Origin: Nitrososphaeria archaeon
Lineage (GTDB): Archaea > Thermoproteota > Nitrososphaeria > Geothermarchaeales > JDFR-13
Reading direction: 5' to 3'
Length of the DNA: 64,000 nt
Assembly (NCBI GenBank): GCA_027078545.1
Contig: JALWXN010000004.1
Location: 14,737-78,736, forward strand
How positions within the stretch are numbered: the first letter of the stretch is position 1; each line of letters starts with the position of its first letter. Positions 20,332 through 29,612 of the stretch are shown in pieces. The notes beneath the pieces were generated by a model. It was not told the origin of the DNA. It saw only the letters and a list, made by a program, of their open reading frames with translations, and made no database searches. A program made the position numbers and the translations under genes.

Positions 20332-21147
20332 ATGAATAGGCCCAGCCACAGCCTAAGCCTCCCAACACTATCTACGGTAGATAGTCCAGAGGAGGCAAGA
20401 CACGCCATAATAGGCATAAACATGTATGACGGGAAATACACGATCCACCCCAGACCAGCAGACCTCCTCAGAATATATAGGGACACATTGGAGGAGAACC
20501 TGGGAGGAGGGATATGGACCAGCGACCTAAAGATCTACGACCTAGGCAACCTCATATCACCGGGTATAGAAGACCTAGCCATAGATATAGAGACGATAAA
20601 CAGGAAGTTTAGCCATACAATCCCGATCTACATCGGGGGCGACCACCTACTGACATACGCAACAGTAGAGGCTCATAGACCAGACACAATCCTAGTCCTA
20701 GACGCCCATCTAGACCTCAAGGACACACTATACTTCGACGGGCTCAACAGGGCCACAGTATTCAGGAGAATCATGGAGAGGCATAGCCCCAAAATAGTCT
20801 ACTGGGGCGTTAGAGGCTACGACGAAGAAGAGAAGGCCTATGCAGAGAAGAGGGGGATAACAATCCTCGATCAGGGAGAACACCCAGACACCCACCTGGA
20901 TGGAAAAACCTACATATCCATAGACATAGACGTCCTAGACCCATCGATAATCAGACAGGTAGCATATCCAGAACCACTAGGAAAAGGTGTAGACGAGGTA
21001 CTAGAGATACTCAGTAAGAGCCTTAGGAGCGTAGAGGTTATAGGAATCGACATAGTAGAGTACTACCCAGTCAACATAGACCTGGCCGAGATATCAACCA
21101 TACTCAAGATCCTATACCACGCTGTACACGCCACAACCAAGACCTAG
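20332..21147 (+). CDS. speB: agmatinase / arginase-family ureohydrolase
   Basis: AIIGI.. then GGDHLLTY, LDAHLDL and SIDIDVLDP are the Mn-binding motifs of the arginase fold. The start was set to the ATG at 20332 to avoid a 5'-5' overlap. Confidence 0.8.
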   Translation: MNRPSHSLSLPTLSTVDSPEEARHAIIGINMYDGKYTIHPRPADLLRIYRDTLEENLGGGIWTSDLKIYDLGNLISPGIEDLAIDIETINRKFSHTIPIYIGGDHLLTYATVEAHRPDTILVLDAHLDLKDTLYFDGLNRATVFRRIMERHSPKIVYWGVRGYDEEEKAYAEKRGITILDQGEHPDTHLDGKTYISIDIDVLDPSIIRQVAYPEPLGKGVDEVLEILSKSLRSVEVIGIDIVEYYPVNIDLAEISTILKILYHAVHATTKT

Positions 21148-21219
21148 ATAGGTTTAGAACCACCTCCCAAGGATAGGAGAAACGTTAATAGGCCTAGATG
21201 AAGAAGTTTCTATGAGGGG

Positions 21220-24012
21220 TTGATGAGTCTAGACAAATACTTCAAGCTATGGGAGGAGGATGATCCCGAGTATCAGGGGGTCGAGGTAGAGATAATATTA
21301 CCTGAGGAAGACCAGGACATAGCCCCCAGCATAGAAGAGACAGATAAAAAGGGAGGAGAAGACGACAAAGGATTAGACACTAGCAAACCATCTGGAGAAA
21401 CCTCTCCAGACAATGAACAGAGCGGCGGAGACGCGGATAAAGAGGATCCACAAAAAATAGACCTCGAACGAGATGGGGAGTTGGAGGAGGAGACTCCAAA
21501 AAGCTTCGAAGACCTACCAGAAGGAGTATACATGTTAATATCGGCTGGCTACGACTCAAAGGAGGAGAAGCCCTTCCTCTTATTTTACGACCCGAGGAGA
21601 GAGGAGATAATAAAGATTCTGGACCAGACGGGGCACAAGCCCTACGCATACTCCAAGATGAGGAAGGCGGAGCTTGAGAATAACCAGATAATAAAGATGT
21701 ACGCATCCAAAATACTAGGTATAACCGAGGAGGAGAAGCACGACCCCCTCACAGATAGAGACATAATAGTATCCAAGATAGTTGTCCGCGACCCCCTAGT
21801 AATAGGCGGAAGGAAAGACTCACTAAGAGAGAGGATAGAGCTATGGGAGGCAGACATAAAATACTACCTCAACTACCTATTCGACCTAGGCCTACAAGTA
21901 GGAGACTACTACGTAGTTGCTGATGGCAGACCAGTAAGATACGATGTAGACCCGGCCCCAGAAATACTGAGAGAGGCTGAGAAGCTCTCAGAGGACGAGA
22001 GGGAATGGCTCTTCAGACTTGCACAGCCAGTGATAAAGTTTAGAAGGGTTGCACTCGACATAGAGGTGTACAACCCACCCAATGTGATGCCACAGCCCGA
22101 GAACCCTGAGCACCCCATATTCATAATATCGCTGAGGGGATCCGACGGGATGAGACGTGTACTCCTACTAGACAGAGAGGGTAAGTATAACGGCCCCAGA
22201 ACAGTGGAAGGCTACGAAGTAGAGGTATACAGAGACGAGTTGGGCCTGATAAAGAGGGCGTTAGAGATAATACGTTCATACCCAGTCATACTAACCTTCA
22301 ACGGCGACACCTTCGACCTACCCTACATCATAAACAGGGCAAAGAAGCTAGGCTTCCAAAACATAGCCCAATACTTCAGGCAGGGGCGTAACGAGGTACA
22401 TCCAACATGGGGGATCCACATAGATCTATACAAATTCTTCAAGAACCCATCCATCAAGAACTACGCCTTCTCAGGGGCATACGACATCATAAGCCTAGAC
22501 ACGATAGCCAGGGCACTCATAGGTAAGGGGAAGGTGGAGATACCTGAACACTTCAGCATGATGAAGACCGAGGAGATACTCAGATACGCAGTGACTGACG
22601 CAGAGATAACCTATGACCTCACAGCATTCAACAACGACCTAGTAATGAGGCTCATAACCATCATAGGAAGGATATCAAACATGACCCTAGACGACGTGAC
22701 TAGACTCGCAGTCTCCAACTGGATAAGGAATAGACTACTCTACCTACACAGGAAGAAGAACTACCTCATACCCAGGGAGGACGAGATAAGGCGTAAACAG
22801 GGCAGCAGACACTTTGAACCAGTGACAAAGGGAAAGAAGTATGTCGGGGCCCTAGTCATAGACCCCGTGCCGGGGATCCACTTCGACGTCACAGTCGTCG
22901 ACTTCGCCAGCCTATACCCCTCAATAATGAAGGAGTACAACATATCCTACGAGACAGTAAACTGTCCACACCCCGAGTGCAGGGAGAACAAGGTCCCCAA
23001 GACCTCTACATGGATATGCACAAAGAAGAGGGGGATAATAAGCGAGTTCGTAGGAGTCATAAGAGACATAAGGGTCAACGTATTCAAGAAGCTAAGCAAG
23101 GACAAGTCACTACCCAGGGAGAAGAGAGACTTCTACAACGTGGTACAGGGAGCCCTAAAGGTATTCATCAACGCGATCTACGGCGTGACAGGGTCGGAGG
23201 CATTCCAGTTCTACTACCTACCCAGCGCCGAGGCCGTAACCACCTATGGAAGATACATCATCGAGGAGTCGATCAAGACGGCACAGAAACTAGGGCTAAG
23301 AGTTATCTATGGAGACACCGACAGCCTCTTCATAGAGAATGCAGATAAGGAGAAGTTACAACAGCTGATAGACGAGATCCAGAGGAGATTCAGGCTCAAG
23401 CTAGAGGTGGATAAGGAGTATAGATACGTAGTCCTAAGCAGCAGGAAGAAGAACTACTTCGGAGTAACTAAGGATGGAGCACTCGACATAAAGGGGCTAC
23501 AGGGCAAGAAGAGCAACACACCCCCCTACATCAAGGACATATTCTACCAGATCCTAGACCATCTGAGAGAAATCACCAACCCAGAGGAGTTCGAGGAGGC
23601 TAGGAAGGACATCATCAAGATCATCAACGAGGCGCAGGAGAAGCTCGCCAAGAAAGAGGTACCAGTAGAAGAACTGGTGATCTCAGTCACACTCTCAAAG
23701 CCCATCGAGAGCTATACCAAAACCACCCCACAACACGTGAAGGCCGCTAGGAAGCTTAAGGACAGGCTCGGCAAAGATGTGCCACCAGGCTCAGTAATAC
23801 GCTACGTAAAAGTGAGGGGGAGGGAGGAGGTATTACCCATAGAACTGGTCAGGGATCCCAGGGAGATAGACTCAAACAAGTATATCGAGCTCCTACTATC
23901 AACCCTCGAGCAGATACTAGACGTGCTGGACATCCATGTAGACAACAAGAGGAAGAGGGTCCAGATAGTCAATGAGAAGGGAACACTAGACCAGTTCTTC
24001 AAGATCCAGTGA
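21220..24012 (+). CDS. polB: family B DNA polymerase (PolB), active-site motifs intact
   Basis: Exo I LDIEV, Exo II FNGDTFDLPYI, Exo III YAVTDAEITY, motif A DFASLYPSIM, motif C YGDTDS. The first about 105 codons are a purine-rich acidic low-complexity extension. The family-typical N-terminus begins at MLISAGYD (ATG 21532). Confidence 0.9.
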   Translation: MMSLDKYFKLWEEDDPEYQGVEVEIILPEEDQDIAPSIEETDKKGGEDDKGLDTSKPSGETSPDNEQSGGDADKEDPQKIDLERDGELEEETPKSFEDLPEGVYMLISAGYDSKEEKPFLLFYDPRREEIIKILDQTGHKPYAYSKMRKAELENNQIIKMYASKILGITEEEKHDPLTDRDIIVSKIVVRDPLVIGGRKDSLRERIELWEADIKYYLNYLFDLGLQVGDYYVVADGRPVRYDVDPAPEILREAEKLSEDEREWLFRLAQPVIKFRRVALDIEVYNPPNVMPQPENPEHPIFIISLRGSDGMRRVLLLDREGKYNGPRTVEGYEVEVYRDELGLIKRALEIIRSYPVILTFNGDTFDLPYIINRAKKLGFQNIAQYFRQGRNEVHPTWGIHIDLYKFFKNPSIKNYAFSGAYDIISLDTIARALIGKGKVEIPEHFSMMKTEEILRYAVTDAEITYDLTAFNNDLVMRLITIIGRISNMTLDDVTRLAVSNWIRNRLLYLHRKKNYLIPREDEIRRKQGSRHFEPVTKGKKYVGALVIDPVPGIHFDVTVVDFASLYPSIMKEYNISYETVNCPHPECRENKVPKTSTWICTKKRGIISEFVGVIRDIRVNVFKKLSKDKSLPREKRDFYNVVQGALKVFINAIYGVTGSEAFQFYYLPSAEAVTTYGRYIIEESIKTAQKLGLRVIYGDTDSLFIENADKEKLQQLIDEIQRRFRLKLEVDKEYRYVVLSSRKKNYFGVTKDGALDIKGLQGKKSNTPPYIKDIFYQILDHLREITNPEEFEEARKDIIKIINEAQEKLAKKEVPVEELVISVTLSKPIESYTKTTPQHVKAARKLKDRLGKDVPPGSVIRYVKVRGREEVLPIELVRDPREIDSNKYIELLLSTLEQILDVLDIHVDNKRKRVQIVNEKGTLDQFFKIQ

Positions 24013-24022
24013 GCATCCAGCT

Positions 24023-25420
24023 CTATACAAATGAAGGCCTCCTAGAGAGATACCTAGACACGTAGAGTGGGAGCCGTGGGAACCCCTCCAACTCCCCAGA
24101 CACCTTCTCAGCCAACTCCTCAACACCCATCTCCACCGTCTCACCAGTAGCCCTCACCCTAACCCTGAGCCTCCCACTCCTAGCCTCCTCATCACCAACC
24201 ACACAGATATATGGTATCCACGCCGACTCGGCATCCTTAACCCTCCGACCCACACTAGCATCCCTATCATCAATATCAACCCTTATACCCCTAGACTCCA
24301 ATACCGACATAAACTCCTCACACACACCTAGATGATCCGAGGGAGACACGGGAATCAGCCTGACCTGGGTGGGAGATAGCCACGTAGGCAACCTAGGCTT
24401 CTCCCCCCTCCTCTCCATCTTGGCAGCCTCCTCTAGAAACTCGAAGAGGAACCTCTCGACACTACCATGGATAGCCGTATGAAGAATCACTGGATGCTTC
24501 TTACTACCATCCTCATCCACATACTCGATACCGAACCTCTCACCATTCCCAATATCTATCTGTACAGTCGCCGTCTCAACAGGCCTACCCACAGAGTCTA
24601 TATAGTGGAACTCAACGTTGAGCACCCAGTAATACTTACCCGCCTCAACAGTCTTTAGAAGCACCGGCTTACCATCTATCTCCAGGAGACTCCTAAGGAA
24701 ATCCATATTATCCCTTAGGAAGTCAACCGATATGTTATAGAGGCTATAATATTCAAAGCCGAACTTCCTACCCTCAGAGAATATCAGTTCATAGAGCCTC
24801 CTAAACTCCTCCTTAGCCATCTCCAGATCCCTAGTCAAGACATGCATATCCGGCATGAAGAAACGCCTAGTCCTGGTAAGCCCCTTCAACTCACCCCTCT
24901 GCTCATACCTATAGCTATCCGCCAGCTCGAAGACCCTCAGTGGTAGGTCCCTATACGTTATGAACTTCCTCCGGAGCAGTGCAAACTGGCCGAAACAGGC
25001 TGCATACCTCAATACAAACTCTCTCTTACCAGGCTTGACCTTATACATCCTCTGGCCAAACAGCTCCGCATGCTTCTTGATCGCCGGGATATCGAGGTCA
25101 TACATGATAGACGTGATTACAGGGTTAGCCCCGATCCGTAGAACGGTGGAGGTGGAATACTCCCTGAGAATATTAAGCATCAAGGCACCGTTAGGGAGAT
25201 AGGTGAGGTGACCAGCATCGCTAAAAGGCTCAGGCTCAGCTATCCTGAGCTTAGAGAGATACTTTATATGTGGACTCTCACGCCCCCCAATAGGCTCAGA
25301 GAAGACCTCCTTCCTCACCAGGTTCATGAAGTTCTCATCATCAGAGGAGTACTCATCCGGATAGTATAACTCCCCATCCATGTCGAGGATATAGAACTCC
25401 CCCTCCATAACCTCCTCCAT
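24023..25420 (-). CDS. thrS: threonyl-tRNA synthetase, catalytic/anticodon-binding form lacking the N-terminal editing domain (ThrRS-cat)
   Basis: It has a class II aaRS core and a C-terminal anticodon-binding domain. It starts at the ATG at 25420 (MEEVMEGEF). The 80 R/G-rich residues the track adds upstream look like wrong-frame extension. About 466 aa, against about 620 for a full-length ThrRS. Confidence 0.8.
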   Translation of the reverse strand: MEEVMEGEFYILDMDGELYYPDEYSSDDENFMNLVRKEVFSEPIGGRESPHIKYLSKLRIAEPEPFSDAGHLTYLPNGALMLNILREYSTSTVLRIGANPVITSIMYDLDIPAIKKHAELFGQRMYKVKPGKREFVLRYAACFGQFALLRRKFITYRDLPLRVFELADSYRYEQRGELKGLTRTRRFFMPDMHVLTRDLEMAKEEFRRLYELIFSEGRKFGFEYYSLYNISVDFLRDNMDFLRSLLEIDGKPVLLKTVEAGKYYWVLNVEFHYIDSVGRPVETATVQIDIGNGERFGIEYVDEDGSKKHPVILHTAIHGSVERFLFEFLEEAAKMERRGEKPRLPTWLSPTQVRLIPVSPSDHLGVCEEFMSVLESRGIRVDIDDRDASVGRRVKDAESAWIPYICVVGDEEARSGRLRVRVRATGETVEMGVEELAEKVSGELEGFPRLPLYVSRYLSRRPSFV

Positions 25421-25439
25421 ATCTACAGGCTCAGCCAAC

Positions 25440-25634
25440 TCATCCCCACCTCCACTTCTCAAGCATCCTATCCTTCTTAGTCGCCTTCTTATACTCCTTC
25501 CAATGATCCTTACAGAGCTTAACCCTACGCCCAGGGAGGAGCCTAGACCCGAAGACCTTTGAGGCCTTCTCCCTAGAGATGGTCTTATAGGCCTCCGCCC
25601 CACACCCCTCGACACTACACGACTCTCGGGCCAT
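25440..25634 (-). CDS. small basic zinc-ribbon protein (about 64 aa)
   Basis: CSVEGCG...16...C..H is a Cys3His/Cys4-type motif and the protein is lysine/arginine-rich. It sits co-oriented just upstream of thrS. The ATG at 25634 is preferred over the GTG at 25655. Confidence 0.4.
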   Translation of the reverse strand: MARESCSVEGCGAEAYKTISREKASKVFGSRLLPGRRVKLCKDHWKEYKKATKKDRMLEKWRWG

Positions 25635-25696
25635 GAGAATATAATATGGATACACAGAATCATTAATCTTCGGTCTAGTCTAGACGGCTGATAAAG

Positions 25697-26287
25697 ATGC
25701 TGAATAAGCTACGCCCCCACGTATCTGGGAAACTAGAGAGGCTGGGGCTGATCCTAGCCAAACATGGCGTTAAGCCTCTACACGTAAGCCTCGCAGGGTT
25801 CCTACTAGCCCTCCTCTCCATAGCACCCCTCATCCTCCTAGAGAGAGCAGTGGGGACATCACTATTCATCACAATGATCATATTATCCGGTGCAGCCGAT
25901 GCCCTCGACGGATCTATAGCCAGAGCATCCGGAACAGTCACGAGGAAGGGGAGCCTACTAGACTCGGTGCTAGACAGGCTAACCGACACCCTCATCCTCC
26001 TCTACATATATCTAGGCGGGGTGACGGGTAACGCAGCCCTCGTAATACTGCTCGTGGCCACAAGCCTGATCATCTCCTATATACGGTCAAAGGCCGAGTC
26101 ACTAGGGGTCGAGATGTCTGGAGTGGGGCTGATGGAGAGGGGCGAAAGGATAATAATAGTCCTCATAGCAGTTGCTACACATCTATTCAGCCCCATATAC
26201 ACCGAGTACATCCTCACACTACTCCTAATCCTAAACCTAGTGACGATCATTCAGAGGCTACACCATGCTTGGAAGAGCCTCAGCTAA
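25697..26287 (+). CDS. CDP-alcohol phosphatidyltransferase family protein (archaeal lipid head-group transferase)
   Basis: DALDGSIAR...G...D...D signature (ILSGAADALDGSIARASGTVTRKGSLLDSVLDRLTD) on a multi-TM protein. Confidence 0.75.
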   Translation: MLNKLRPHVSGKLERLGLILAKHGVKPLHVSLAGFLLALLSIAPLILLERAVGTSLFITMIILSGAADALDGSIARASGTVTRKGSLLDSVLDRLTDTLILLYIYLGGVTGNAALVILLVATSLIISYIRSKAESLGVEMSGVGLMERGERIIIVLIAVATHLFSPIYTEYILTLLLILNLVTIIQRLHHAWKSLS

Positions 26288-27674
26288 ACATACGCCTCGT
26301 CCTACCCATAGCCTCAAACCCTACATCCCTCACCCTCACAACAAGGGGGAAGTCCGACACGACACGGCCAAGTACTAGACAGGACCCCCTACCCAAGTCC
26401 TTAACCACTAGCTTCACCGAGTCCGCATCCACGTTAGACACCTTCGAGAGCGTCTCAAGATCCTTATCGTTGAGGAAGCGGAACACAAAGATGTTGTCCA
26501 GCTGCCTAAAGATGGTCTGGTCCAGAGAGTCCGGCTGATTAGTGATGAATACCGGGAAGAGGCCGAAATGCCTCATCCTAGTGACGATATCCTCCCAGTA
26601 GGTCTCCCTAATATAGAGATGAGCCTCCTCAGCGAAGAGGAATAATGGGGGGAGCCTCCTCGCCTCCAACAGCCTAGAAATCTTGCTCAGGAATATCTCC
26701 ACAAGTATCCTCCTCTCCACCCCCGATAGATCCCTAAGATTCACTATGTAGCCCCTAGAACCCTTGAAGAGGTCTTCGAGCCTGAAACTCCCACTAGGAT
26801 CTATGAACCTACAGTTCTCTAGGATGTTAAGCCTGGATAGTATAGCATCCTTCACCATCAAGTTCTTAACACTGGCATCTAGATACCTAGCCACTATACC
26901 CGAGTTGAACCTACCCTCCCTCCTCATTATAGAGTCCCAGAGCTCGGCCAGGATATTTGAAGATACGTGTGGCAGGTCTAGAATCTTCGTCATCACATTC
27001 ACAACAGTATCCTTACCCAGATACTCGATGGAGAATACAATATCCTCACCAGGCTCCAAAACCCTGAAGCCCTCGCTCTCCAAGCCTAGATACTCCCTGT
27101 TAAGGTCGAAGATCAACACATTACCACCTAGACCGACCAGGCTATAGGCAAGCAGCTTAGCTAGATGAGACTTCCCACTCCCCTTCATCCCAGTTATCAA
27201 CGTCAGCGACCCGTCAAGCTCATAGGCATCGATAACCACGGGGTTATCCAAGAGGTCAGAACCTATAGGGACGGGATACTTAACATCCTTCCCAATTATC
27301 TCGAAGAGCCTGTCTGCCGATAACCTAACGATCTTTGAATAAGCCCTTGATGGAAGATCATCCACAAAATTGACCGCCCTACCCCCCTTAAAGGCCGACC
27401 TAATCTTACACTTCAGGATCTTAAGATCATTAATCAGTATAGATACACGGTCATACTCAACACTGCCATCATAGGTACTGAGCCTAATCAACCCCTCCCT
27501 AATCACCTCCTCGATCAGCCCAGGGACATCCACATATTCAAAGTCCACGACCTGCACAATCAGTCCTACAGACTTCTCCTCATCCATCACCAGGAGATAC
27601 TCACCCTTATAGACAGACTCCCCAGGAAAAGCGACTATCTCCAGCGTATCACCCTCCTTCCTATACACCTTCAT
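26280..27674 (-). CDS. HerA-like FtsK/HerA-superfamily ATPase (DUF87-type), paralog of the canonical HerA helicase
   Basis: An N-terminal HAS-barrel-like segment (LLVMDEEKSVGLIVQVVD) is followed by Walker A GMKGSGKSHLAKLL and Walker B FLFAEEAHLY (the hhhhEEAH form typical of HerA/FtsK). The start is probably MKVYRKEG at 27674. Confidence 0.7.
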   Translation of the reverse strand: MKVYRKEGDTLEIVAFPGESVYKGEYLLVMDEEKSVGLIVQVVDFEYVDVPGLIEEVIREGLIRLSTYDGSVEYDRVSILINDLKILKCKIRSAFKGGRAVNFVDDLPSRAYSKIVRLSADRLFEIIGKDVKYPVPIGSDLLDNPVVIDAYELDGSLTLITGMKGSGKSHLAKLLAYSLVGLGGNVLIFDLNREYLGLESEGFRVLEPGEDIVFSIEYLGKDTVVNVMTKILDLPHVSSNILAELWDSIMRREGRFNSGIVARYLDASVKNLMVKDAILSRLNILENCRFIDPSGSFRLEDLFKGSRGYIVNLRDLSGVERRILVEIFLSKISRLLEARRLPPLFLFAEEAHLYIRETYWEDIVTRMRHFGLFPVFITNQPDSLDQTIFRQLDNIFVFRFLNDKDLETLSKVSNVDADSVKLVVKDLGRGSCLVLGRVVSDFPLVVRVRDVGFEAMGRTRRMFS

Positions 27675-28668
27675 CCCTACCGCCCTCCACAGAACCCAAT
27701 ACATGAGGCCTATAGGGGATCGACATCCTAAGCCTCACACCCTTAGAGGCCAGCTGGAATACGAGGCCAACAATATCCTTAGCACCGAGCTTCGACAGGG
27801 TATGGGCCTCGACCAAGACACTGGGATACCCAGTGGGGTTTGAGGGAAGGGAATATACGATATCTAGGACCTCCTCATCAGACCCTATTGAAACATCCAT
27901 CCTAAATGGATAGCCACTCGAGACTTTGAGGAACCCCAGATACGTATAGAACCCCTTCACACCACCCTTTACACGGGAGACCCCATCAATACCCATCGAC
28001 CGGAAATAGTTAAGGATAGAGACATACCTCTTAACCAGCCTACTCCTCTTCGATATCCCTACTATGTGGACACCCCTCCTAGAAGCCTCCTCAACCACAT
28101 ATCTATAGATATCCGGCCTAACAACACCATGGCCAAGCAGACCATCAAGAAGCACAACTCCACCCTTTATCCCGCTGACAAGCCTAGCCACTACCGAGTA
28201 TTCATATACACTTAGGAGGATACGCCTAGCTATACCCAGATCACCGAGGACCGCCGCCTTTGCAGAGCCATCAAAAATGGTTAATCCAGCCAACTCCTTC
28301 AACAACTCTGGATAGAGATACACAGCATGCGGCCCATCCAACCTAACCCTAGTAGACCCATTCAACATGTCATACTCAACTACAGCAGACCTTATCCCCA
28401 TAACGACACCCTCAACACCCTCAGCCAAAGGGACTATTGACGCGTCGACCGCGTATACAACACCATCCCAATCAACCTTCTGAAGCACATGGAGAGACTC
28501 TGGAACCTCGACATCAGCCCTAGCTATCAACGGTGAGTAGGAGTACTGAGCCCTGGGGAGCCTCGGTATAAAGACTTTACCCCCAGCCCTCGATAGAGAT
28601 GTGGATAGAGTCATCTGGATCCTATCCACCACCGTATCTAGCTCAGGCCTCGTCTTTTGAAACTTCAT
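27661..28668 (-). CDS. NurA-like nuclease domain protein
   Basis: VVYAVDASIVPL matches NurA motif I (hhDGS-type with a catalytic Asp). The 335-aa size fits NurA. It overlaps the HerA-like gene by 14-44 nt, which suggests an operon. Confidence 0.5.
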   Translation of the reverse strand: MKFQKTRPELDTVVDRIQMTLSTSLSRAGGKVFIPRLPRAQYSYSPLIARADVEVPESLHVLQKVDWDGVVYAVDASIVPLAEGVEGVVMGIRSAVVEYDMLNGSTRVRLDGPHAVYLYPELLKELAGLTIFDGSAKAAVLGDLGIARRILLSVYEYSVVARLVSGIKGGVVLLDGLLGHGVVRPDIYRYVVEEASRRGVHIVGISKRSRLVKRYVSILNYFRSMGIDGVSRVKGGVKGFYTYLGFLKVSSGYPFRMDVSIGSDEEVLDIVYSLPSNPTGYPSVLVEAHTLSKLGAKDIVGLVFQLASKGVRLRMSIPYRPHVLGSVEGGRDEGV

Positions 28669-28673
28669 AAAGC

Positions 28674-28700
28674 TTCATGAATACTATTGAATAAACAAGT
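28674..28700 (+). promoter_or_regulatory. candidate TATA-like promoter (caagtatttaaatatttcac) for the 28716 gene
   Basis: An AT-rich box 20-40 nt upstream of the start. Confidence 0.25.
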
Positions 28701-28715
28701 ATTTAAATATTTCAC

Positions 28716-29120
28716 ATGAGGAAATCATTAGGTGGGATGGATGACGAGGTCAAGGTGAAGGTTAGGATAGGAGATATCGAGGTGGAGATAACAGGCACCC
28801 CCGATAAGATTGGGGAGGTCGTCCCCAACATCATAGAGAGTATCAGGTCGGGAGCCACCCCAAAGGAGCAGAGGAAACCAGTTGGGAGGAGCTGCAAAGA
28901 CGTCATCTACGAGCTATGGAGAGAGGGGTGGTTCAAGGAGGAGAGGAGGCTTGGAGACGTATATGAAGAGCTGACTAGGAGGGGGTACTACTTCGACAAG
29001 AGTGCCATATCCCACGCCCTCTCCTCACTAGTGAAGGAGGGTATACTCACCCGCATGGGGAGAGAGAGGAGATATACCTATGTCCAGAAGATACCCTACA
29101 CAGCCAAGATCCGCGGCTAG
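28716..29120 (+). CDS. small two-domain protein: N-terminal beta-rich module plus C-terminal winged helix (paralog 1)
   Basis: The N-terminus VKVKVRIGDIEVEITGTPDKIGEVVPNIIESI is shared with the two ORFs downstream. The C-terminus reads as a wHTH (ISHALSSLVKEGILTRMGRERRYTYVQK). Confidence 0.5.
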   Translation: MRKSLGGMDDEVKVKVRIGDIEVEITGTPDKIGEVVPNIIESIRSGATPKEQRKPVGRSCKDVIYELWREGWFKEERRLGDVYEELTRRGYYFDKSAISHALSSLVKEGILTRMGRERRYTYVQKIPYTAKIRG

Positions 29121-29596
29121 AGCTTCTCAAGAAGATAGAGCAGCCCCCTCAACGAGATCTTATACCTGACCGGCTTACCACCCACCTTCTCAACAAGCCC
29201 CATGGATCTAAGCTCACTAAGCCTTGAAGAGACAGACTTAGGTGTAGAGACGACAATACTCGATAATTGGTCAAGCGTCATAGACTCCTCCCTCCTAAGG
29301 CCGGATACATGTAGAACCCTGGAGAGCCCCAAGGCACTCAGGATCTTTAGCTGCATAGATAGTCCATCGGCCTCCTCGAGTAGGACGATCTCACCATCCA
29401 TCGTAGCCTTCGCAACCCTACTAAGCTTCTCCGATAGGGCCTTATAGTCAGGCTCTATGAAGAGGGACGAGGCAAGCCTCATCCCAGGGACTACCTTGTC
29501 TAGCCATAGCATAACCTGCTCCTTGACCTCCAGCGGATCCCCCTCGAAATCAGCCTCCAAATCGCCATATTTCAGGTGGACCTTGAGATCGGTCAT
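29117..29596 (-). CDS. small two-domain winged-helix protein (paralog 2)
   Basis: The N-terminus LKVHLKYGDLEADFEGDPLEVKEQVMLWLDKVV matches the shared module. The C-terminal wHTH is VSSRLSELRSMGLVEKVGGKPVRYKIS. Confidence 0.5.
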   Translation of the reverse strand: MTDLKVHLKYGDLEADFEGDPLEVKEQVMLWLDKVVPGMRLASSLFIEPDYKALSEKLSRVAKATMDGEIVLLEEADGLSMQLKILSALGLSRVLHVSGLRREESMTLDQLSSIVVSTPKSVSSRLSELRSMGLVEKVGGKPVRYKISLRGLLYLLEKL

Positions 29597-29612
29597 TCCG
29601 CCTAGTCACCAG

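Noticed and set aside
19977-20486. 169-aa minus-strand ORF overlapping the agmatinase 5' region
   Set aside because: It is G/S/C/R-rich, typical of an off-frame GC-biased read. The alternative in-phase hydrophobic ORF (19973-20314) and the agmatinase on the plus strand explain the region.
16279-24012. Possible inteins in atpA and polB
   Set aside because: atpA is 608 aa and PolB is about 825 aa beyond the acidic extension, both in the intein-free size range. The catalytic motifs are contiguous.
24023-25663. Track-extended 546-aa ThrRS including an 80-aa N-terminal R/G/S-rich segment
   Set aside because: The extension has no aaRS similarity and a biased composition. It overlaps a well-formed small Zn-ribbon ORF in another frame. 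The ATG at 25420 begins the recognisable sequence.
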